From: Phycisphaerae bacterium | GTDB lineage: Bacteria > Planctomycetota > Phycisphaerae > SM23-33 | Assembly (NCBI GenBank): GCA_009783465.1 | Contig: WRDM01000008.1 | Coordinates: 2,943 to 66,942 of the forward strand | Reading direction: 5' to 3' | DNA length: 64,000 bases | Shown: positions 25,925 through 34,552 of the stretch, piece after piece | Position numbering within the stretch: the stretch's first letter is position 1 | Layout: each line of letters starts with the position of its first letter | Program-made: the position numbers and the translations under genes | Notes under the pieces: model-generated | The model's input: only the letters and a program-made list of their open reading frames with translations | What the model was told of the DNA's origin: nothing | Database searches by the model: none

Positions 25925-26105
25925 AACGTAGCACCGGGCGTCCCGCCCGTGAGTCGCATGGGCGTCTCGCCCATGCGACGCCCCAGCATGGGCGTCGTGG
26001 AGTTCGCGTGGGCGGTATAAGGGTTTCGCGTCACAAAATTTCAGCCAGCCGCTGCCACGGGCGAGACGCCCGTGGGACTCATGGGCGGGACGCCCATGCT
26101 ACGTT
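25925..26105. repeat. GC-pal element (GTAGCACGGGCG subtype), intergenic
   Basis: Arms of about 50 nt, each made of two CA(C/T)GGGCG-NNN-CGCCC(G/A)TG mini-palindromes. Termini AACGTAGCA / TGCTACGTT. Confidence 0.8.
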
Positions 26106-26115
26106 ACGCCCCGCG

Positions 26116-28428
26116 TCACGCCGATTTCGGCATCGCCGGGCTCAGATGCGTCGGGATGGCGGTGCCTTCGTTGAGTTTTCGGCGGTTGGCGATGAGGGCT
26201 TCGACGATCAGCAGGAGGATGACGAGGGGCAGGAATTTGTCCCACCACGGGGCGCCCTGGCTGGCTTCGGCGGCGCGTTCCTGGACGTCCTTGAGGGACG
26301 AGCCGACGAAGACGGTGTTGAAATCGCGGTCGTCGCAGGCGTTTTGCATTTCCTCGGTGCCCAGGGCGAGCAGGAAGGATTCGTCGCCGTCGGGGTTGAC
26401 GGCGAAGGCGCCTTCGGATCGTCGGGTGGCCAGGTCGTCGGGGGCGTCCTGGAGGGTCCAGGTGTAGACGCCCGGCAGGGCGTTTTCCTTCGACAGTCGG
26501 ACGGTGTATCCGGTGGCGTTGTCGAGTTCGGCGGTCAGGGGCAGGATTTTTTTGTCGGGCGTGGTGACGGCGAAGGTGACGGTATTGGGCCTGGAGGAGT
26601 CGGCGCGGAGCGGGCCTGTGCTGATGGGCACGTTCGTCTGCGCGAGGAAGATTTGCTGGGACTGCATTTGTTGCGGCGCCGCCAGGGCCATGCGATAGAG
26701 CATGGAGAAGAAGACGGGGCTTCCGCCGGCACAGAAGTTGGACCATCTCGGCGAGGCGGTGGTGGGGAAGACGACGGCGCGGCCCTTGCCGAAGGGCCTG
26801 GTGGCCACGAGGGGCGATCCGCTGCGGAGGGTCATGATGGCCGAGGCGGGCGCGACGACGTCTTCGATGGTGTAGTATCGGTTGACCATCATGACGCGGT
26901 AGCTTTCGGCGTTGGGGTACAGGCCGGCCAGGAAGGGGCTGGTCAGGTCCATGAGTTCGACGTCCTCGGCCATCGCGCCCGGCCCGACGTCGCCCTGGGC
27001 TCCGCCGATTTTCCCCGGCAGCAGCGGCCCCATGCCGGCGATGCCCAGGTCGTCGTAGAACATCTTATTGTAATTCGCCACGTCGCACTCGGGGCCCAGG
27101 AAGAACAAGGCCGTGCCGCCGGCGTCCACGAAGTCGATGACGCACTGCGCCTGCTCGTCGGTGAAGTGGTCCACCTCGTTGAGCAGCAGCATCGACGCGT
27201 TGGTCAACGCCTCCGGGCCGAAATCCGCGATGTCGATGACGTCCGGCTCGATCGACCACGGGCGATTGACGTTTCGCAGCCCGTCCAGGGCGGGCTTGAG
27301 ATAGGTCGTGCCGTCCAGGCCGCTGCCGTCCTCGCCCGCGTGGCCTCTGACGATGACCGCCCGCACGCGATCGCCGATCTCCAGCGCGAAGTACCTCCGG
27401 TTGTCGGTGTCGAGCTGGTCCACCAGCGAATTGGCGTTGCCGGCTTCGCTGATGATGGCCACGCTCACGCTGCCCGAGAACATGTCCGGCCGCGTGAACG
27501 TGTGGCGGAACTGCCGCGTCTCCTTGCCCATCGGCGGCAGGGTGATCGTCTGGCGGTCGGAGGCCGACATGCCCTCGATGTGCAGGTCGACGTTGACGCG
27601 GATGTTTTCGTTGGTGGAGTTGGTCAGCGTGACGTTGAACTGGATGGGTTGATCGGCGATCCGCCGCCCGGCGATTTCCAGATCGGTCACGCCGACGTTC
27701 ACGGCGTTGGGTTGGCCGACATTGACGATGAGCACGTGGACGCCGTTGTCGCGGGCCAGTTGGAGCACGTTGTCTTCGGCTTCGCCGAGCAGATCGTCGA
27801 TGCTTTCGCGTTGCAGGTCGGTGAGGATGTAGACGGTTTTTTCGGGCGTGGATCCGACGTTGGACAACTGGGCGACGGCCTCGCGCACGCGGGCGGCGAT
27901 GGGCGTTCCCTTGCCGTAGCCGACCGTCATGGTTTTGAGCGGCTCTTCGATGCTCTTGATGTTGCCGGTGAGGTTGACGGATCGTTTGTCGTCGTGGGTC
28001 AGCAGCAGGGCGGCTTCCTTGGGGCGTTTTCGTTCGTCGTCGTTGAAGAGCAGTTCGCGGGCTTCGGTGCGGGCCAACTCCAGGCGGGAGCCTTTTTCCT
28101 CCAGCGTGTTCATGGAGTAGCTGTTGTCGATAATGACGACGCAGGCGGCGTTGTTGGCGTTGAACCACTCCTTGCCGCCCTTGAAAAGCGGCTCGGACAC
28201 CACGATGGCCAGCAGCCCCAGCATGAGCGCGCGGATGATCAGCAGCAGCCAGTGCTGCAAGTGCCGCCGCCGGGCGGTCTTTTCCATCGAGAGCTTCAGG
28301 AACCGCAGCGTCGGGTAGTACACTTCCTGCGCGCGGACCGACGAGAGCAGGTGCAGCACAAACGGAATCGCCGCGGCCAGCAGGCCCAGCAACATCGCCG
28401 GGGCGCCAAATTGTAAGCCTTCAAACAT
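26116..28428 (-). CDS. BatA-N-terminal/VWA-domain membrane protein
   Basis: 'IPFVLHLLSSVRAQEVYYPTLRFL' N-terminal domain. MIDAS-like 'IDNSYSM'. C-terminal TM segment. Confidence 0.8.
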   Translation of the reverse strand: MFEGLQFGAPAMLLGLLAAAIPFVLHLLSSVRAQEVYYPTLRFLKLSMEKTARRRHLQHWLLLIIRALMLGLLAIVVSEPLFKGGKEWFNANNAACVVIIDNSYSMNTLEEKGSRLELARTEARELLFNDDERKRPKEAALLLTHDDKRSVNLTGNIKSIEEPLKTMTVGYGKGTPIAARVREAVAQLSNVGSTPEKTVYILTDLQRESIDDLLGEAEDNVLQLARDNGVHVLIVNVGQPNAVNVGVTDLEIAGRRIADQPIQFNVTLTNSTNENIRVNVDLHIEGMSASDRQTITLPPMGKETRQFRHTFTRPDMFSGSVSVAIISEAGNANSLVDQLDTDNRRYFALEIGDRVRAVIVRGHAGEDGSGLDGTTYLKPALDGLRNVNRPWSIEPDVIDIADFGPEALTNASMLLLNEVDHFTDEQAQCVIDFVDAGGTALFFLGPECDVANYNKMFYDDLGIAGMGPLLPGKIGGAQGDVGPGAMAEDVELMDLTSPFLAGLYPNAESYRVMMVNRYYTIEDVVAPASAIMTLRSGSPLVATRPFGKGRAVVFPTTASPRWSNFCAGGSPVFFSMLYRMALAAPQQMQSQQIFLAQTNVPISTGPLRADSSRPNTVTFAVTTPDKKILPLTAELDNATGYTVRLSKENALPGVYTWTLQDAPDDLATRRSEGAFAVNPDGDESFLLALGTEEMQNACDDRDFNTVFVGSSLKDVQERAAEASQGAPWWDKFLPLVILLLIVEALIANRRKLNEGTAIPTHLSPAMPKSA

Positions 28429-28430
28429 TC

Positions 28431-28550
28431 GTTAACTCGTTAACTGGTTGATTCGTTAACTCGCTAACGGGTCGACTAGCTAACTGATTGACTAGTTAAC
28501 TAGTTAACTAGTTAACTAGTTAACTAAAGCGTTTCCCTCGAACCACGGGT
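28431..28550. repeat. HS-E element (GTTAACNN octad arrays) with a right-hand GTTTCCCTCGAAC clamp
   Basis: GTTAACTC GTTAACTG ... then GTTAACTA x4. Arm pairing is imperfect. Confidence 0.65.
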
Positions 28551-28559
28551 TCCATATCA

Positions 28560-29465
28560 CTATCGTCTGGCCATGTTTCGCCGGGCCAGGTAATTCAGCA
28601 GCATTTTCTCATACGGCGTGTCGGTGGGCGTCAGGACGTATTCCACGTGCCGGTTGGAGCATTCCTTGCGGTAGCGGTCGATGAACGCGTTCATCTCGGT
28701 CAGGTACTGATCGCGAATGAACCGCGGGTCCACCTGGAGCTTCTCGTTGTTCTCCATGTCCACGAACGTCATGACCTTCTTGAACGGGAAATCCAGCTCC
28801 GACGGGTCCATCAGGTGGAACAGGATAATCTGGTGCTTCTTGAACACAAAGTGCTGAATGGCCTTGAGGACCTCGCTCTGCTCGTCGTAGAGATCGCTGA
28901 TGATGATGACCAGGCTGCGCTTGCCGAGCGTGGCCGCCAGTTCGTGAAACACCGGGCCGATCTTCGTGTCCTTGCCGGGCTTGAGTTCTTCGAGATTTTT
29001 GAACATCCGGTCCAGGTGGGCCGGCGTGGAGCCGGGGGGCATGTGGAACTTCATCTCGTTGTCGAAGGCGATCATGCCCACCACGTCCTGCTGTTGGCAC
29101 ATCAGGTAGCTCAGGCAGGCCGACAGAAAACAGCCGTACACGAACTTGGTGGCCGTTCCGCCGTACTTATAGCCCATGGACCCTGACACATCCAGCAGGA
29201 TGTACGTTCGCAGGTTGGTCTCCTGCTCGTACTGCTTGATGTAGTAGCGGTCGGAGCGGGCGTAGGCGACCCAGTCGAGGTGGCGGATGTCGTCGCCGGC
29301 CACGTATTCGCGGTGCTCGGCGAACTCGACGCTGAACCCCTTGTGCGGACTGCGGTGCAGGCCCGAAATAAACCCCTCCACCGCCGACCGCGCCAACAAG
29401 CTGATATTCCGAAGCCGTCCAATTTTGTCCGGCTCGTAGTACGTGTATTTGTTTTCGTCAGCCAT
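28560..29465 (-). CDS. DUF58 domain protein (MoxR/VWA-associated)
   Basis: 'HRSPHKGFSVEFAEHREYVAGDDIRHLDW' and 'LLDVSGSM' are the DUF58 hallmark. Confidence 0.85.
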   Translation of the reverse strand: MADENKYTYYEPDKIGRLRNISLLARSAVEGFISGLHRSPHKGFSVEFAEHREYVAGDDIRHLDWVAYARSDRYYIKQYEQETNLRTYILLDVSGSMGYKYGGTATKFVYGCFLSACLSYLMCQQQDVVGMIAFDNEMKFHMPPGSTPAHLDRMFKNLEELKPGKDTKIGPVFHELAATLGKRSLVIIISDLYDEQSEVLKAIQHFVFKKHQIILFHLMDPSELDFPFKKVMTFVDMENNEKLQVDPRFIRDQYLTEMNAFIDRYRKECSNRHVEYVLTPTDTPYEKMLLNYLARRNMARR

Positions 29466-29493
29466 GGTTGTATTTTACCAACAAGTACCCCGC

Positions 29494-29806
29494 AGCCACA
29501 AGCCACAAGCCACCAGCCACAAGGTATTCGAAATTCGGTGCTCCCATCGTAGCAAAATTTTCCGCGATTGGCATGCCGAATAGCGAATACTTTCAGGGCC
29601 ATCGCATCGTAAAAGGCCCATTTTTCGGCTGTAGGCTGTGGGCTGTAGGCTGTAGGTTGATTTTCCTTTGCGAAACATCGGTCGCAAAGGCATGTCTCCT
29701 ACAGCCTACAGCCCACAGCCTACAGCCTTTTCGCGAAAAAACGCGGAAATTTAGATGCGATGGCCCTGGCGAATACCTTGTGGCTAGTGGCTGGTGGCTT
29801 GTGGCT
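29494..29806. repeat. four-level nested hairpin (HS-B outer, HS-C inner)
   Basis: Level 1: 29494-29527/29770-29806. Level 2: CAGGGCCATCGCATC/GATGCGATGGCCCTG. Level 3: CTGTAGG arrays 29626-29727. Level 4: CCTTTGCGA..TCGCAAAGG. Confidence 0.85.
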
Positions 29807-30380
29807 GGGTCTTCAGGAAAAACCGCACCGCCATGTCGCCGTACGCCTTGACCCGTGTGCAGGTCAACGGCCCGAGGGTGTCCGGGACGTCGGCGTGTTC
29901 GTCGGTTCGCAGGACGACGCAGCCGTCGTTTTCGGACAGTTTCGGCGCCAGCGGCATGAAAATCGCGTCAGCCGCCCGCTGCCAGTCCCACTGCCGCGCG
30001 TCGGCGTAGGGCGGATCGACGAAGGCGACGTCCACCGGGGCCTGCACCTGCGTCAGCCACTCCGTCAGCCGGGCCTCCACGTCGCCGCGCCAGACCGTCG
30101 CCCGGTCCGTCGCGCGCAGGTCGCGCAGATTCCGCGCCAGCCGCTCCAGAACGCGCGGATCCTTCTCGGCAAAGAAACACCGCGCCGCGCCACGCGATAA
30201 ACACTCAATCCCCATCGTGCCCGTGCCGCAGTACAGGTCAATCACCGTCTGGCCATGCAATTCCTCGCCCAGCATGGCAAAGAGCGACTTCTTCACCAGT
30301 CCCGTCACGGGTCGGGTGATACTCTTGCCAGGCGGCGGCAAAATCTCCCGCCCACGAAATTCACCAGCCAGGATGCGCAT
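29784..30380 (-). CDS. rsmD: 16S rRNA (guanine966-N2)-methyltransferase
   Basis: 'RPVTGLVKKSLFAML', 'DLYCGTGTMGIECLSRGA' and 'FVDPPY' motifs. The last 7 codons lie in a repeat arm. Confidence 0.8.
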   Translation of the reverse strand: MRILAGEFRGREILPPPGKSITRPVTGLVKKSLFAMLGEELHGQTVIDLYCGTGTMGIECLSRGAARCFFAEKDPRVLERLARNLRDLRATDRATVWRGDVEARLTEWLTQVQAPVDVAFVDPPYADARQWDWQRAADAIFMPLAPKLSENDGCVVLRTDEHADVPDTLGPLTCTRVKAYGDMAVRFFLKTQPQATSH

Positions 30381-30430
30381 GCTACATGGAACGTTTGGCG
30401 CGGAGGGGAGTTTCGGAATTTTCGATACGA

Positions 30431-30748
30431 AAAGCCAGTAGCCAATAGCCAGTAGCCAATAGGTATGGAACGTCTCTGGTTATGAGGTAGTGTAAGCGGG
30501 AATGGTTACGCCTGTCGGGGTGGTTGAGTTTCCTGCACGACGAAAGCATCTGGTTTTGTGAGGAAAACAACCGATTATCCTCCCCGGTCTCGTACGGCAG
30601 TGCCGGTTCTTCCGCGCGAGACCGGGGAGATCAATCGGTTGTTTTCCACATCGAATCCGCACAGGCCAGCAACACGACAGTCACCACAAAATCATCCATC
30701 ATACCTGCTGGCTACTGGCTGGTGGCTATTGGCTTTGTTCCTTCGAAC
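30431..30748. repeat. HS-A hairpin with nested I-family hairpin (30562-30647)
   Basis: Arms 30431-30461 and 30701-30736. Inner hairpin GGAAAACAACCGATTATCCTCCCCGGTCTCG...CGAGACCGGGGAGATCAATCGGTTGTTTTCC. Confidence 0.8.
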
Positions 30749-31073
30749 GAGTGGTTCGCCTTTGCCGTTATGTACACGGAGACCGAATAAAAAGTGCCCC
30801 GGTCGGGCAAGACCGGGGCTGGGGGCATCAGTGCCGGAACTGCAAGGGGAGGCAGAACCGGCTGCGGTTGGGTACGTTTGGGGTCGCCTTCGGAGGCGTG
30901 AAGCGGTGGGAGGTTCCCGTCGCGTGTCTGGGCGTCATGTCCATTCCGCGTCGGCTCGTCTCGGTTACGGCTGTTGCTTCAATCGAATAGTACGATATAA
31001 TCCCGACACGAGCAAAATTCCGCGACGCTTTTACGATGGTTTTATTTTGCTGCCTTGGGAGACATATTCCGTG

Positions 31074-31295
31074 ACAAGCCACAAGCCACTAGCCACCCGG
31101 CTCCGCCAAAGCTACGTCGGGCAAGCAAGCCACAAGGTATGGCGAAATCTTTTTCGCGCCAGACGATCCCCGTTTCGGCTGGTGGTATCGTTGTTTCCGC
31201 TTTTATTGTCGTTTCGCCCTGTGCGTCCCTTACCTTGTGGCTTGCTTGCCCGACGTAGCCTTGGCGGAGCCGGGTGGCTAGTGGCTTGTGGCTTG
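31074..31295. repeat. HS-B-related hairpin with ~65-nt near-perfect arms
   Basis: Left arm ACAAGCCACAAGCCACTAGCCACCCGGCTCCGCCAAAGCTACGTCGGGCAAGCAAGCCACAAGGTA. The right arm is its reverse complement. Confidence 0.85.
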
Positions 31296-31862
31296 CTGTT
31301 CTCCGGCTGCGCGAATTACACGACGCCGATTGTGTCGGAGTCCGACCTGACGCCGGCGGAGCGGAATTTCAATGTGGTGTGGCGGGGCACGATGGACACG
31401 CTGACGGAGTTGGGGTTCACCGTCGATCAGCAGGACCGCCGCGAGGGCCTGATGGCCACGCTGCCCCTGACCGGGCAGCAGTGGTTCGAGTTCTGGCTCC
31501 AGGATGCCGCCACGCCGCGCGACGTGGCCGAGGGCTCGCTTCAGACGATCTACCGGACCGTTCGCGTGTACGTCGAGCCGGTGACCGGCGTCGAGGGCCA
31601 GTTCGCCGCGCGCGTCGAGGTGATCGCGTCGCGTTCGGAGCGGACGGTCGCCCCGATGACCAACACGGTGCAGGCGTACAATCTGTTCGCGATTCCAGGC
31701 CAGCCGTACCGCATGGAGTCCATGTTGATCCGCCAGAGCGTCGAGGACATTCCCGAGGCGAAGGTCAAACGCATCGGCCGCGATGTCGGGCTCGAATCGA
31801 ACATCGCCATGGCCATCGCCGTCCGCGTGGCGGGAAGACAGGAAGCCGCGACAAGCGACTAG
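31242..31862 (+). CDS. lipoprotein whose signal peptide is encoded by a repeat arm
   Basis: A TTG at 31242 gives 'LARRSLGGAGWLVACGLLFSGC' (n-region, h-region, lipobox). GTG 31281 is an alternative start. The ORF upstream of 31242 is repeat sequence. Confidence 0.5.
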   Translation: MLARRSLGGAGWLVACGLLFSGCANYTTPIVSESDLTPAERNFNVVWRGTMDTLTELGFTVDQQDRREGLMATLPLTGQQWFEFWLQDAATPRDVAEGSLQTIYRTVRVYVEPVTGVEGQFAARVEVIASRSERTVAPMTNTVQAYNLFAIPGQPYRMESMLIRQSVEDIPEAKVKRIGRDVGLESNIAMAIAVRVAGRQEAATSD

Positions 31863-32022
31863 CCCCCCGGCCCTCGTGATTCGAGGGTATCCATGAGCGT
31901 ATGGCAAGCAACGCAGACATCATTCGTCGCAAGTATGGTGTTTTCCCGGAGCTTCCTCTGAGTCGCAGCGCCTGTAGTAAAAAGTAGCGGTGCCTTCCGC
32001 GTCTCTGTGGTACATTCCCCCC

Positions 32023-34431
32023 ATGCCACAACACTACATCGACGCCATTCTGAAGTATCTCGCCGACCGCAGTTATCGCCCCGTCAAGCCGCGGCAGTTT
32101 GCGAGGCAGCTTGGCATTGACGACAACGAGTACGGCGCGTTTCGCGAGGCCGTCAAGCAGTTGCGTGACGAAGGCCGCGTCGTGCTCGGCGCCAACAACG
32201 CGCTGACGCTGCCGGAAATTTCCTCGCAAATCACGGGGTTTTACAGGCCGAATCCTCGCGGGTTCGGCTTCGTCATCCCGGAGACGCCCAACGCGCACGG
32301 GGATTTGTTCATTCCCGAAGGCTCCGCCGGCACGGCGATGGCGGGGGACCTGGTGGTCGCCCGCGTGTTTCATCAAGGCAAAAAAGCGGGCAAGGCCATG
32401 TATGCCGGCGAGATCATTCAGATCGTTCGTCGCGGGCGGAACCGCTTCGTGGGCACGATGGCGCGGGCCGACGACGGCACGTGGTTCGTCCTGCCCGACG
32501 GGGCGGCGATGACCCAGCCGATCGTCGTTCGCGACGTCTCCACCGCCAGCCCGAAGGCGGGCACGAAAGTCGTCGTCGAAATCACCGAGTATCCCAAGCC
32601 CGGCCGGCTGCCCATCGGCGTCATCGTCGAGCGGCTCGGCGAGGCCGGCGAACTTGACGTGGAAACGCGGGCCGTCATCCGCGCCCATGGTCTGTCGGAC
32701 GAATGGCCCGCCGCCGCGCTGACCGACGCCCGCGACGCCATCGCGGCGTTCGACCGTAGCACGGGCGTCTCGCCCGTGCCGTCTCGCGCCGCAAAGGAAA
32801 CGTCCGCTGTACGGACGGACCGCCACGGGCAAGATGCCCGTGCTACGGGTCGCGAGGACCTCACCGCGATGACCGTCGTCACGATCGATCCGCCCGACGC
32901 GCGGGATTACGACGACGCGATATCGATTCAGCCGGGGCCGGACGGCTCCGTTGTGCTGGGCGTGCACATCGCCGACGTGTCGCATTTCGTCCGCGAAGGC
33001 TCGGCGTTGGATCGCGAAGCCCGGCAGCGCGGCAACAGCACGTACTTCCCGCGACGCGTCGTGCCCATGCTGCCGGAAATTCTCTCCAACGGCGTGTGCA
33101 GTCTCCAGGCCGGCCAACGGCGATTCTGCAAGAGCGTGTTCATCCGTTACGACGACGAGGGCAACGTGCTCGGCACGCGATTCGCCGACAGCGTGATCCG
33201 CTCCGCCGGGAGGCTGACGTACATCGAGGCGCAGGGCATCATCGACCGTGGTGCGGGCATCTCACGTGACGCGGGCATCTTGCCCGCGTTGATCACGCCT
33301 GCGCCGTCAGCCAATGTTGACGGCAAATCCACGCACAACGCGGGCGAGACGCCCGCGTCACGTGAGACGCCACGGTCGGGCGGCTTCGCGCCTGGCGTCG
33401 CTGAACTCGTCCTTGCGATGAACGTGCTGGCGAAAACCATCGAAGCCCGTCGCCGCCGGGCCGGCATGCTGCACCTGGACCTGCCCGAAGTCGAACTGGT
33501 CTTCGACGAACAGGATCACGTCGTCGACGCGACGCCCCGCGACGATTCCTACACGCACACCGTCATCGAAATGTTCATGGTCGAAGCCAACGAAGCCGTC
33601 GCGACCCTGCTCGATCGGCTCGGCAGGCCTTGCGTGCGGCGAATCCACCCTCAGCCCGACGACGCCGGCGCCAAGCAGCTCCGCACGTTCGTGCACGCGT
33701 GCGGCCACAAGCTGCCGGGCAACCTCTCGCGGCGGGACATGCAGGAACTGCTCCGCGCCGTCCGCGGCAAGCCCGAAAGTTACGCGGTGAATCTGGCCCT
33801 GCTCAAAACGTTCGAGCAGGCGGTGTACAGTCCGATGACGGTCGGCCATTTTGCGCTGGCCAGCGAACATTACTGCCATTTCACGAGCCCGATCCGCCGC
33901 TACGCGGACCTGACGGTGCACCGCCTGCTGGGCGAGCACATTCGCGGCACGCTCGAAAGCAGGCCCGGCGAGGACAGGAGCGAACTGGTCCACCTCGGCG
34001 AAAATCTCACCGCGACGGAGCGCCGCAGCAAGGCGGCAGAGGATGAACTGCGCGAGGTGCTGATTCTCGAATTTCTCGCCACCAAAATCGGCGAGGATTT
34101 CGACGGCGTGGTGACGGGCGTGACGAGTTTCGGCCTGTTCGTGCAGTCGATGCGGTTCCTCATCGAGGGCCTGGTCCGGCTGGAGGATCTTGGCGACGAC
34201 TGGTGGGAAGTGGATCCGAAAACCGGCACGGTGGTCGGGGAGCGTACGCGGCGGAAGATACGGCTCGGCGACATGATGCGCGTCCGCATCGCCAGCGTGG
34301 ACATCGCCAAACGCCAACTCAACCTCTCGCCGACACGCGAGCGAAAGAGCGGACGGGTGACGAAAAAGGTGAAAAAACCAAACAAAAACAAGAAAACCTT
34401 CACATCTCGCAAGAAACGTCGAGGGCGGTGA
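32023..34431 (+). CDS. rnr: ribonuclease R with two in-frame repeat insertions
   Basis: 'YRPVKPRQFARQLG' N-terminus, RNB core 'TIDPPDARDYDDAISI' and 'HFALASEHYCHFTSPIRRYADL', S1 domain and a basic tail. Confidence 0.9.
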   Translation: MPQHYIDAILKYLADRSYRPVKPRQFARQLGIDDNEYGAFREAVKQLRDEGRVVLGANNALTLPEISSQITGFYRPNPRGFGFVIPETPNAHGDLFIPEGSAGTAMAGDLVVARVFHQGKKAGKAMYAGEIIQIVRRGRNRFVGTMARADDGTWFVLPDGAAMTQPIVVRDVSTASPKAGTKVVVEITEYPKPGRLPIGVIVERLGEAGELDVETRAVIRAHGLSDEWPAAALTDARDAIAAFDRSTGVSPVPSRAAKETSAVRTDRHGQDARATGREDLTAMTVVTIDPPDARDYDDAISIQPGPDGSVVLGVHIADVSHFVREGSALDREARQRGNSTYFPRRVVPMLPEILSNGVCSLQAGQRRFCKSVFIRYDDEGNVLGTRFADSVIRSAGRLTYIEAQGIIDRGAGISRDAGILPALITPAPSANVDGKSTHNAGETPASRETPRSGGFAPGVAELVLAMNVLAKTIEARRRRAGMLHLDLPEVELVFDEQDHVVDATPRDDSYTHTVIEMFMVEANEAVATLLDRLGRPCVRRIHPQPDDAGAKQLRTFVHACGHKLPGNLSRRDMQELLRAVRGKPESYAVNLALLKTFEQAVYSPMTVGHFALASEHYCHFTSPIRRYADLTVHRLLGEHIRGTLESRPGEDRSELVHLGENLTATERRSKAAEDELREVLILEFLATKIGEDFDGVVTGVTSFGLFVQSMRFLIEGLVRLEDLGDDWWEVDPKTGTVVGERTRRKIRLGDMMRVRIASVDIAKRQLNLSPTRERKSGRVTKKVKKPNKNKKTFTSRKKRRGR
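32756..32846. repeat. GC-pal element (GTAGCACGGGCG subtype) in frame in rnr
   Basis: GTAGCACGGGCGTCTCGCCCGTGC ... CCACGGGCAAGATGCCCGTGCTAC. Confidence 0.8.
33261..33366. repeat. GC-pal element (CACGTGACGCGGGC subtype) in frame in rnr
   Basis: CTCACGTGACGCGGGCATCTTGCCCGCGTT ... AACGCGGGCGAGACGCCCGCGTCACGTGAG. Confidence 0.8.
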
Positions 34432-34435
34432 GGAT

Positions 34436-34537
34436 GTGTAAATTTGGCTTGCCTCTTTGCGATGTAAGACGTTGTGGACTACAAAACGTTTGTAGTCCAC
34501 AACGTCTTACGGCGCAAAGAGGCAAGCCAAATTTACG
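34436..34537. repeat. ~100-bp near-perfect palindrome between convergent genes (probable bidirectional terminator)
   Basis: GTGTAAATTTGGCTTGCCTCTTTGCGATGTAAGACGTTGTGGACTACAAAACGTTTGTAGTCCACAACGTCTTACGGCGCAAAGAGGCAAGCCAAATTTACG. Confidence 0.8.
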
Positions 34538-34552
34538 TCTGTCTGTTTGTTC

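Noticed and set aside
25900-28416. 838-aa ORF on the + strand
   Set aside because: It is antisense to the BatA/VWA gene (which has TM segments and a MIDAS motif). It begins inside a GC-pal repeat and is G/D/V/R-rich and low-complexity.
28495-28526. Tandem arrays (GTTAACTA x4; also CGAATTT x4 at 21313-21342) considered as possible CRISPR or microsatellite loci
   Set aside because: The units are 7-8 nt with no spacers. They are one arm of an inverted array, and no cas genes are present. This is not CRISPR.
29521-29530. The AGGTAAGG/AGGTATGG junction motif resembles a eukaryotic 5' splice site; an intron-like interpretation was considered
   Set aside because: This is a bacterial context with no group I/II intron features. 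The motif is simply the inner end of the stem, paired with CCATACCT.
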